A DNA stretch of 64,000 nt from contig JAJXWQ010000006.1 of assembly GCA_021781555.1 (NCBI GenBank), forward strand, positions 1,560 to 65,559, in the 5' to 3' direction. The notes beneath the pieces are model-generated. The model worked only from the letters and a program-made list of their open reading frames with translations. It ran no database searches and was not told where the DNA came from. How positions within the stretch are numbered: position 1 is the stretch's first letter; each line of letters begins with the position of its first letter. The translations under genes and the position numbers were made by a program. Below are positions 49,375 through 57,133 of the stretch, in pieces. The DNA is from a bacterium (GTDB taxonomy: Bacteria > Cyanobacteriota > Sericytochromatia > S15B-MN24 > VGJW01).

Positions 49375-49409
49375 GCATTATTTTACCCTTTAAGGGTCCA
49401 TTTAAACGG
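49375..49409 (-). promoter_or_regulatory. AT-rich island with a palindrome, candidate promoter/operator of the rod-like gene
   Basis: The minus strand reads gTTTAAAtggacccttaaagggTAAAATaatgc. The palindrome acccttTaagggt lies at 49385-49397. The island is ~65 nt upstream of the ATG. Confidence 0.3.
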
Positions 49410-49586
49410 GGAAAGCGGCGTCTTTTGTGCATTTGTAGACTCTTAATCGAGAGCGATCGGCTGAAATCCAAAATCCGGGGTCGAAGACCGGGTGGAAGCC
49501 AGGATATGGCCTGGATTTCGAGCTTTGAACCTCGCGCGTCGCGTCATTTAACAGAGCCGCACCTCCGCGGCCTGCTGCGCGGAAAA

Positions 49587-51566
49587 TCAGAAGCTGGCCC
49601 GCCGGATGCGATCGCTGAATTCGTCGGTGAACAGGACCTGGTCACCGGTGAAGGCCGGCCCCGGGGAGGCGGCCTCGAACATGACCGAGCGGGGCCAGGC
49701 GATGCCGTCGACCGGGTCGGAACCCCCGGGGCAGCTTGCCGACATGCCCACGTTGATGTTGGTCTGCCACAGGATGATCCCGCTCGAGACGTTGTCGGCT
49801 CCGTTGGCGATCGCCAGCAGGGGATTCGAGCCGCCTGCGGATTCCGTCGCCGCGATATCCGAAGGATGGTCGATCTCTTCCTGGCTGTCCAGCAGCTGGA
49901 GTTCCTGCACCGTAAGGTTGGCTCCGGGGGCGTTCACGTCGTCGCCGGTGATCTGGAGCACCCGATCGTTGTCCGTGTCCGCGACAAAAACGACCGGAGG
50001 CTGCCCCCCGAGCTGCGGCAGGGCGGCCACGCCCATCGGGGTATCGACGCTGTCCGAGGCCCCATCCTGGGCACTCGTGTCGGTTCCCGCGACTCCGGTC
50101 CCGATGAGGGTGGTGATCTCCGAGTTGTTCGCACCGAGCAAGATGCGCCGGATCCGGTAGTCGCCCGTGTCGGCCACGTAGATGAGATCGTACCCGCCGC
50201 CCTGGGGGGCCGGGACTACCGCCACGCCGTGCGGATCGGTGAAGCCCGCCGCCAGAGGATCGCCGCCAGAGTTGGTGACCGGGTCAAAGTCGCCCAGGCT
50301 GGACATCCCGACGGTATTGGAGGCATTGTCGCTCGTGACCGGGAGGCCGGTTCCCGCCAGGACGCGCACCTGCCCCAAGGACGGATCCCAGCCCAAGATG
50401 CGGTCCCGACCGGTCTCGGCGATGACGACCATCGGACAGTTGTTGACCGGATCGTTCCCGAGCGCCAGGCCGGTCGGATCGACCAGGAGGGCGTCGCCGG
50501 CCGGAACTCCTTGCGGGGTGGGTTCTTCGCAACCGGCTCCCCCGTTGGTCGTGTCGGCCTTGATGCAGGCGCCAAGCATGGTCTGGATGAGCTTTCCGTC
50601 GTAGGAAACGAACCGGAGCAGTCCGATATCGGAGTCGGAGAACAGGACCCCGTCCTCCGAGCCCACCGAGTAAGGCACCATTCCACCGGGGTTGTTGAGG
50701 TGCGCCTGCAGCGGTCCGTCCGGTTCGGAGAAGGGCGTGGCGTCGGTTGCGCCCTCGGACAGCAGGGGGTAGTCGTTGAGGTAGATCGAGGGCACGCCAT
50801 CTCCTGCCAGGGTCGTGAGCGAGAATCCTGGCTCGCAGCCGAGAGACTGGGCGGTGGGGACCGACTGGACCGTGAACGATTGCACCACGGATCCGGACAC
50901 CGCCTGGATGGTGAAGGTCCCCGCCTGGAGCGGAGTTACCTGGCCATACCCGCTGACTCGCGCTGCGCTCGACGGCACGACCGAAAGCGCCACGTCGGGG
51001 CTCGCGATCTGGCTTCCGCTCGTATCGGTGACGTACAGGCCGATGCTGACCGTGGAACCGATCGTGAGCGCGCGTGGGAGTTCGATCCCGATACTCGCAA
51101 TCACGCGGAACGGTCGGCTCGAGATCGCAGGGGTCGCCGGGCCGGTCGAAACCCCGACCTCGCCGGTCTGTGCCCCTGGCGGCACCGTGGCGATCAGGCT
51201 CGTTGCGGACTGAACGGAGTAGGAGGCGATCTGGTCGCCGAAGCGCACGGTCAGACCGCTCTGAGCGAGGTTCTGGCCCGAGAGCGAGACCTCGGCTCCC
51301 ACGCCGGCGTCGGCGGGCCGGATGGCAGCCAGGTAAGGTGCGCCGGGGCTGGCGGGGCCGAGGTGCCCCTGGCTATCCGCGGCCGAAGGGGTGCCCGTCG
51401 CAGCCACGTGGGCGCCGGAGCTCGTCAGCAGGGGCATGCCTACCTGGCAGCCGACCGCAGCCAGGCCCAGGGCCGCCAGGAAGGCGCCCACGAGCGTCCA
51501 GAGGAACGCGGTGCGCAAGCGGACGATTCGCCCGGCCGATCCGCCAGCTGACGGTGTGGCACTCAT
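49587..51566 (-). CDS. lipoprotein with IPT/TIG and Ig-like domains and an NHL-repeat beta-propeller
   Basis: Lipobox LAAVGC. IPT-like segment IRPADAGVGAEVSLSGQNLAQSGLTVRFGD...ATVPPGAQTGEVGV. NHL-type blades (PHGVAVVP...LIYVADTGDYRIRRI, VVFVADTDNDRVLQI). Confidence 0.75.
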   Translation of the reverse strand: MSATPSAGGSAGRIVRLRTAFLWTLVGAFLAALGLAAVGCQVGMPLLTSSGAHVAATGTPSAADSQGHLGPASPGAPYLAAIRPADAGVGAEVSLSGQNLAQSGLTVRFGDQIASYSVQSATSLIATVPPGAQTGEVGVSTGPATPAISSRPFRVIASIGIELPRALTIGSTVSIGLYVTDTSGSQIASPDVALSVVPSSAARVSGYGQVTPLQAGTFTIQAVSGSVVQSFTVQSVPTAQSLGCEPGFSLTTLAGDGVPSIYLNDYPLLSEGATDATPFSEPDGPLQAHLNNPGGMVPYSVGSEDGVLFSDSDIGLLRFVSYDGKLIQTMLGACIKADTTNGGAGCEEPTPQGVPAGDALLVDPTGLALGNDPVNNCPMVVIAETGRDRILGWDPSLGQVRVLAGTGLPVTSDNASNTVGMSSLGDFDPVTNSGGDPLAAGFTDPHGVAVVPAPQGGGYDLIYVADTGDYRIRRILLGANNSEITTLIGTGVAGTDTSAQDGASDSVDTPMGVAALPQLGGQPPVVFVADTDNDRVLQITGDDVNAPGANLTVQELQLLDSQEEIDHPSDIAATESAGGSNPLLAIANGADNVSSGIILWQTNINVGMSASCPGGSDPVDGIAWPRSVMFEAASPGPAFTGDQVLFTDEFSDRIRRASF

Positions 51567-51660
51567 CACCAAGCATGTACCCATGCCCGGCCGGTACGAT
51601 CCGGCAGCGGTTGCGCCGCGGCACGTCCCTGCGGAGGAAAGCCGTCTCGGGGGGCGCTCG

Positions 51661-53958
51661 TTAGCGCCCGGGGGCCTGCTGCAAGGCCCTCCAGACGCGC
51701 TCTGCCGTGGCCGGGGTCTGGCCGATCTGGACCCCGATGGCGTCGTGAATGGCCCCGAGGATGGCCGGTGGCGTGCCGATGAGGGGCGGCTCCCCGACTC
51801 CTCTGGCCCCGAAGGGACCGATGGGGTCAGGATTCTCCAGGATCACCGGTATGATCTCGGGAACGTCCATCGCCGTGGGCACGATGTAATCCGTGAAGTT
51901 GGGGTTGAGGAGCCGTCCACGCTGCCGGACGACCTCCTCCATGAGCGCCATGCCGATGCCCTGCACGACCCCACCCTCGATCTGGCCTTCGGCTGCCAGG
52001 GGATTGATCGCCTTGCCCAGATCGTGCACGGCGACGATCCTCTGGACCTGGACCTCGCCCGTCTCCACATCCACCAGGACCTCGGCGGCGTGCGAGGCGA
52101 AGAGGTACGTGACGAAGGCCCGCACCGACTGGCCGGCGTCGTCCTGGCAGATCGTGCGGGGCTCGAAGATGGCTTCGGCCTCGAGCGGGTAGCCCCGGCG
52201 GCGGCCCTCTTGCAGGATCGCCGAGAGGGGCACGCGCCGCGTCGGATCGGCGCGCTCGAAGCAAGCGTCGTCGGCCAGGTCGAGCTCGTCGGGATGGACG
52301 GGCAAGAGCGTTCCGACGATGTCGAGCAGCTGGTGGCGGAGTTCCACGCCCGCCTTGCGGACGGCGGAACCGGTGAAGAACGTCTGGCGCGTTGCCGAGG
52401 ACGAGCCCGCCTCGGGCGTGCGGGCGGTGTCTGCCAGGATCACGTCGACGCGATCGATCGTGACCCCGACCGCCTGCGCGGCGACCTGCGCGGCCATCTG
52501 CACGAGGCCCTGGCCCACTTCCACGGCGCCGGTATAGACCTCGAGGCGGTCGCCGTCGGTGAACCGGACGCGGGCTCGGCTCGCATCCGGGAACCCGTCG
52601 CCGTAGCCCAGTCCGAAGCACACCACGGAGAGGCCGTATCCGCGCTTGAGGTGCGGGGCCGGGGTCTCGTAGCTGCGGCCTTCCCAGCCGATGCGTTCGA
52701 GCGCCGCGGACATGCATTCCTGCGCGGATACCACCGGCAGGATCTGGGATGTCGTGACGGCGTCCCCGGGTAGCAGGAGATTGCGGCGGCGCAGCTCGAC
52801 CCGGTCCATGCCGAGGGCCGCGGCGAGCTTGTCCATGGCGCCCTCGTAGGCGATGGCGATCTGGCTCGCGCCGAACCCCCGCATCGCGCCGGTCGGGTTG
52901 TTGTTGGTGAACACGCCGGTGACATCGACGTGCACGTTGGGCACGCGATACGGGCCCGTGGCGTGACTGGCGGCCTTACGCAGGACGGCCTTGCCCGTCG
53001 AGGCGTAGGCCCCCTCGTCCGCCTGGACCTCGACCACGGCAGCCACAAGCGTACCGTCGCGCCGGGCTCCGAAGCGGTAGCGGATGTGGATCGGGTGGCG
53101 CTTGTGACGGGCGATCATGCTCTCGGCGCGACTGTAGGCCAGCTCCACCCGCTGTCCTGTCAGCAGGGCAGCCAGCCCGAGATAGAGCTGGATCCCGAGA
53201 TCCTCGCGGCCGCCGAATGCGCCGCCGGTCGGCGGCTGGATGATCCGGACGCGCTCGAAGGGCAGGCCCAGCGCCAGCGCCAGGAGCCGGGCTTCCTCGT
53301 GCACCCACTGACCGGCGGCCTCGATCGTCAGAACCTCGCCCTCCAGGTAGGCGACCCCCGCCTCGGTGTCGAGGAAGGCGTGATCGACCGACTGGGTGGA
53401 GAACTCGGTCTCGACGACCACATCGGCCTCGGCCATGGCGGCAAGGGCGTCGCCCTTGCGGATCCGCTGGCGCCCGAGGATGTTGCCTTCCGGATGGATG
53501 GCTGCGGCATCGGGAGCCAGGGCTTCGGCGATGGTGAAGACACCCGGCAGCGGCTCGTAATCCACCACCACGAGCTTGCTGGCCCGCTCGGCGGCCTGGC
53601 GGGTGCGGGCGACCACGAGGGCCACCGCGTCGCCGCAGTACCGCACCCTGGACGTGGCAAGCAATTCCTGATCCCTGCGGATCATGCCGTGCAAATTGGT
53701 GCCCGGAACGTCCTTGCCGGTAAAGACGGCGACGACGTCCGGATCGGCCAGCGCGGGCCCCGTCTCGATGCGGCGGACGATCGCGTGCGGATGGGCCGCC
53801 CGCAGCACATGGGCGTGGAGGCACTCCTGCGAGACGGCGCGATCGCCGCCATAGGCCGTCTTGCCCGTCACCTTGTCGCGGGCGTCGCTGCGGGTGGCGC
53901 TGCGGCCGACCGGCGCTCCGCTCGTAGGTGCGGCCTCGCTGACGCGGATGTCGCTCAC
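51661..53958 (-). CDS. xanthine dehydrogenase/aldehyde oxidase family molybdopterin-binding subunit
   Basis: 765 aa from GTG 53958 (GTGA overlap with the upstream stop). Motifs KVTGKTAYGGD, GGAFGGRED, TGAMRGFGASQ and GVGEPPLIG. The track ORF is over-extended to 54327. Confidence 0.88.
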   Translation of the reverse strand: MSDIRVSEAAPTSGAPVGRSATRSDARDKVTGKTAYGGDRAVSQECLHAHVLRAAHPHAIVRRIETGPALADPDVVAVFTGKDVPGTNLHGMIRRDQELLATSRVRYCGDAVALVVARTRQAAERASKLVVVDYEPLPGVFTIAEALAPDAAAIHPEGNILGRQRIRKGDALAAMAEADVVVETEFSTQSVDHAFLDTEAGVAYLEGEVLTIEAAGQWVHEEARLLALALGLPFERVRIIQPPTGGAFGGREDLGIQLYLGLAALLTGQRVELAYSRAESMIARHKRHPIHIRYRFGARRDGTLVAAVVEVQADEGAYASTGKAVLRKAASHATGPYRVPNVHVDVTGVFTNNNPTGAMRGFGASQIAIAYEGAMDKLAAALGMDRVELRRRNLLLPGDAVTTSQILPVVSAQECMSAALERIGWEGRSYETPAPHLKRGYGLSVVCFGLGYGDGFPDASRARVRFTDGDRLEVYTGAVEVGQGLVQMAAQVAAQAVGVTIDRVDVILADTARTPEAGSSSATRQTFFTGSAVRKAGVELRHQLLDIVGTLLPVHPDELDLADDACFERADPTRRVPLSAILQEGRRRGYPLEAEAIFEPRTICQDDAGQSVRAFVTYLFASHAAEVLVDVETGEVQVQRIVAVHDLGKAINPLAAEGQIEGGVVQGIGMALMEEVVRQRGRLLNPNFTDYIVPTAMDVPEIIPVILENPDPIGPFGARGVGEPPLIGTPPAILGAIHDAIGVQIGQTPATAERVWRALQQAPGR

Positions 53959-54500
53959 GGCCGCGGCCTGTCTGCCTGGCCGGAGGCATCGTCTGCAACT
54001 CCGGCCCGCGCGGCCGCCAGCGCTGCGGCCAGGACCTTCATGTAGCCGGTGCAGCGGCAGATGTTGCCCTCCAGGCCGCGGCGCACCTCGTCGTAGGTGG
54101 GGTGCGGGTTGCCGGCGAGCAGGGCCTTCGTGCTCAGGACGACGCCCGGCGTGCAGAAGCCGCATTGCACCGCTCCGTGGTCCACGAAGGCCCGCTGTAC
54201 TGGATCGAGAACCGTGCCGTCGGCCAGGCCCTCGATGGTCACCACCTCGCGACCTTCCATCTGCGGGGCCAGGATGAGGCATGAGTTCTGGGGGACGCCG
54301 TCGACCAGGACGATGCACGACCCGCACTCGCCTTCGAGGCAGGCGCCCTTGGTCCCGGTGAGGTGGAGATCCTCGCGCAAGACCTCGAGGAGCGTGCGCT
54401 CGGGCTGGATCGCGAGCTCGTGGCGCTCTCCGTTGACCGTGAAGGAGAGCGACCAGGAGCGCTCGGCCTGGCCCGCGGCCTCGGGTGTAGAGCCGATCAT
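53955..54500 (-). CDS. (2Fe-2S)-binding subunit of the XDH-family enzyme
   Basis: CLEGECGSCIV and NSC, then the second cluster motif QCGFCTPG...CRCTGY. Confidence 0.9.
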   Translation of the reverse strand: MIGSTPEAAGQAERSWSLSFTVNGERHELAIQPERTLLEVLREDLHLTGTKGACLEGECGSCIVLVDGVPQNSCLILAPQMEGREVVTIEGLADGTVLDPVQRAFVDHGAVQCGFCTPGVVLSTKALLAGNPHPTYDEVRRGLEGNICRCTGYMKVLAAALAAARAGVADDASGQADRPRP

Positions 54501-54540
54501 CGGGTGGCGACGCTCCTTTCGGCTGCGAGCATGGTAGGGG

Positions 54541-55377
54541 TCATGCGCGGGCAGGACTTTCGGGTTTCGAGCTGGCAGCCAGCTGTTCGAGCAGCCGCCG
54601 GACCAGAACTCCGGAGACGGCTCGGCGGTACTCGGCGCTGGCCCGGTGGTCGTCGATGGGCGTGACCTCGGCGCGGACCAGGCTTGCAGCCTCGCCGATG
54701 GCTTCCGGTGCGAGTCCGGCCAGCGCCAGGTGTGCCTCGGCTCTTGCCGCGCGTAGCGGGGTGGGACCCACCGAGCCCAGGGCGATCGCCACCCGACCGT
54801 CGCGCTGCCGCACCACCGCCGCGCTGACGAGCGCGATCGCCACGGACTGCCGCTTGCCCAGCTTGAGGAATGCCGAGTCGGCCGAGCGGCGGATCCGCAC
54901 CTCCTGGATCAGCTCGTCATGGGCGATCCGGGTCTTGCCGGGCCCGACGAAGAAGTCCCGGATCGGTACCGAGCGGCTGCCATGGGACCCGACGAGCGCG
55001 ATCCTGGCGTCGAGCGCCAGGAGGGCCACGCTGACGTCTCCGGCGGGGCTCGCCGTACCCAGGTTGCCGGCGATCGTGCCGCGATTGCGGATGGCCGGAC
55101 CGCCGACCGTGCGAGCCGCCTGCGCAAGCGCAGGCGCGAATGCCGACCGCTCCAGCATGGCGTGCGTAGCCAGCGGCCCGATCGCAAGCTCCTCGCCCTC
55201 CTCGCGCACGTAGGAAAGCCCGGGCACTCCCGACAGATCGATCCAGTGCTCGACCGAGAGGCGGCCCTTGGCGACGCCCACGACGAGATCGGTTCCACCG
55301 GCGAGGAAGACACCCTTGTCTTTCAGACGGCTCTTGAGTTCGAGGGCCTCGGTCAACGTGGACGGTCGATGAAACAC
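54541..55377 (-). CDS. FAD-binding subunit (CoxM/XdhB-like) of the XDH-family enzyme
   Basis: FHRPSTLTEALEL, FLAGGTDLVV, RNRGTIAGNLGTASPAGD and EYRRAVSGVLVRR. GTG 55377 chosen; the track ORF runs into the repeat array. Confidence 0.85.
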   Translation of the reverse strand: MFHRPSTLTEALELKSRLKDKGVFLAGGTDLVVGVAKGRLSVEHWIDLSGVPGLSYVREEGEELAIGPLATHAMLERSAFAPALAQAARTVGGPAIRNRGTIAGNLGTASPAGDVSVALLALDARIALVGSHGSRSVPIRDFFVGPGKTRIAHDELIQEVRIRRSADSAFLKLGKRQSVAIALVSAAVVRQRDGRVAIALGSVGPTPLRAARAEAHLALAGLAPEAIGEAASLVRAEVTPIDDHRASAEYRRAVSGVLVRRLLEQLAASSKPESPARA

Positions 55378-55451
55378 GCCCGATTCCCTTCGCAACACAA
55401 CAGAGACTGCTCGCCATGGTACCACGGCCCGAAGCTGCCTCCGGCCGAGCC

Positions 55452-55678
55452 GAGCGCTGCGCAACCGGGCCCCGTTTGACTCCTTCGGCCCGAACGTTGC
55501 TGGCCCTTTCTCAGCTGGAACGGGTCCCTCTGCGCGGTCGCTGCGCTGCGCAACCGGGCCCCGTTTGACTCCTTCGGCCCGAACGTTGCTGGCCCTTTCT
55601 CAGCTGGAACGGGTCCCTCTGCGCGGTCGCTGCGCTGCGCAACCGGGCCCCGTTTGACTCCTTCGGCCCGAACCCTTC
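55452..55678 (+). repeat. tandem array (~2.6 units, period 89 bp) of a variant of the hairpin repeat
   Basis: The unit GCTGCGCAACCGGGCCCCGTTTGACTCCTTCGGCCCGAACGTTGCTGGCCCTTTCTCAGCTGGAACGGGTCCCTCTGCGCGGTC is repeated with TGCGCAACC at 55458, 55547 and 55636. It shares the core with the 48-kb copies but has different flanks. Confidence 0.85.
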
Positions 55679-55754
55679 CAGTTTGGAATCTCTATAGTGA
55701 CGGCCGACACATCCGAAACCATGGGTGGGGAAACGAGTTTCAAAGGAGTGCCCG

Positions 55755-55949
55755 GTGTTCAAGCCATCTGAATCCCGTTCGAGACATTCGTCGGTCCGTG
55801 ATCTACCCGATCTGGATCGTCAGCTCCTCATGTTCGCCCGCATCAAGGAGCTCTACGACATCGACTTCAAGATGCAGATCCAGGAAATCGAGGGCCGGAT
55901 CTCCGAGCTGCGCCCGCGCAGGCGCAAGGCGGGCCGTAAGGCCGTGTAG
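55755..55949 (+). CDS. hypothetical small protein (64 aa, coiled-coil plus basic tail)
   Basis: GTG 55755 with AAGGAG 6 nt upstream. Translation: ...DLDRQLLMFARIKELYDIDFKMQIQEIEGRISELRPRRRKAGRKAV. No family recognised. Confidence 0.35.
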   Translation: MFKPSESRSRHSSVRDLPDLDRQLLMFARIKELYDIDFKMQIQEIEGRISELRPRRRKAGRKAV

Positions 55950-56015
55950 TGGGCGCCCGGGATGAACCGCGCCCGACCCCGTTCAAGCTGAAGACCACGG
56001 AGCTCGAAATCGCAG

Positions 56016-56471
56016 CTACGTGGGATCGAACGACATGTTGGCTGTCGTGAGGGTTGCAGCCTGCGAGCCTGCGGTGCCGCCGAGGATCGACACGGTCCAG
56101 CTGGTGCCGGTCCGGGCGGCCTGAACGTAGCTGCAGTCGGCGCAGGAGTTGGGATCCAGGGAACTGGGATCCCCCGTATCCAGCAGGTTGTCGTTCTTGA
56201 GATCGTTGAACGGAACCAAGGTGACGGTGTCCTGGTCCGAGGGGATGGAGTAATCATAGAGTCCCGCAGAGGCTGGAACGACGTCGTCCGGCGGCGTTCC
56301 CACCGAGGCGGGTCCGAAGTACACCGCGAGCTTGGTGCTGGCTGAAACGCCCGTGCCCGTGACCGCCCCGCGGATCAGGGCGGAGGGAGTGGTTCCGGGA
56401 AGAACCGAACAGCCCACCAGAACCGAGCCTGCGGCGATGACGGTGAATCGTACGAAGGTCTTGAGACGCAT
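56016..56471 (-). CDS. hypothetical lipoprotein
   Basis: 151 aa. Signal peptide plus lipobox VLVGC. Good GC3. No family recognised. Confidence 0.5.
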   Translation of the reverse strand: MRLKTFVRFTVIAAGSVLVGCSVLPGTTPSALIRGAVTGTGVSASTKLAVYFGPASVGTPPDDVVPASAGLYDYSIPSDQDTVTLVPFNDLKNDNLLDTGDPSSLDPNSCADCSYVQAARTGTSWTVSILGGTAGSQAATLTTANMSFDPT

Positions 56472-56593
56472 TGGATATCCCCTGATCGGAGCAGGCCGGC
56501 GTCAGGAAAGCGGATCCCGGATCCGCGGCCTGGCAGCCCAGCGTGCGAACGCCCGTCGTCAGAGCATCCGCGGGAGCCTGGCACCATGCTAAC

Positions 56594-57076
56594 ATGACGT
56601 CGATGAAGGAGGACGAGGTATCGGGCCAGTTCCGCTTTCGCCTCGGAAGGCGGGACCAGCTGGTGCTGTTCAAGCACAAGGATGAGCCGACCTCGCACCT
56701 CAGGCTCAAGGCGATCGCCTACGCGCTGTACTTCCGGCACGAGAATCTCCAGGTGAGCCCTCGCCTCGGCTACAAGGTGCAACCGGATCTGGCGGCCCTC
56801 AACCTGCAGGGCGAGCCCGAGGTCTGGATTCAGTGCGCCTTCAGCAACCTCGACAAGATCGAGTACATCTGCAAACACGTTCCGGCCCGTCAGGTGGTGC
56901 TGGTGACCGAGGAGGAGTCCACCGACGACGTGGTGGCGCGCCTGCGGAAGCGGCTCCACTACCGGCACACGACCGCCAAGCTCAAGGTGGTCAACTTCCA
57001 TCCGCCCGTCGAGTCCTGGCTCGATCCCGACGACCTCGACGTTCCAGCCGACGCCTACGACGTCGTCGAGTTCTGA
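56594..57076 (+). CDS. YaeQ-like protein (PD-(D/E)XK-fold family), N-terminally short
   Basis: LVLFKHKDEPTSHLRLKAIAYALYFRHENLQVSPRLGYKVQPDLAALNLQGEPEVWIQCAFSNLDKIEYICKHVPARQVVLV is collinear by eye with the YaeQ core (LTLARHPSET.ERMM.RLLAFAL...L.FT.GL...EPDLW......WIE.G.PDE.RI.KAC..A.QV.V). Confidence 0.45.
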   Translation: MTSMKEDEVSGQFRFRLGRRDQLVLFKHKDEPTSHLRLKAIAYALYFRHENLQVSPRLGYKVQPDLAALNLQGEPEVWIQCAFSNLDKIEYICKHVPARQVVLVTEEESTDDVVARLRKRLHYRHTTAKLKVVNFHPPVESWLDPDDLDVPADAYDVVEF

Positions 57077-57133
57077 CGCGGGACGAGTCGTCGCGGCCCG
57101 ATGCCTCGCCTCGCGGCCAGGCCGGCGGGCGGA

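Noticed and set aside
51661-55377. Aerobic CO dehydrogenase (coxMSL), suggested by the FAD-2Fe2S-Mo gene order.
   Set aside because: The large subunit has GAMRGFG where form I CODH has AYRCSFR (form II has AYRGAGR). No coxDEF-type accessory genes are adjacent. It is called only as a generic XDH/aldehyde-oxidase family enzyme.
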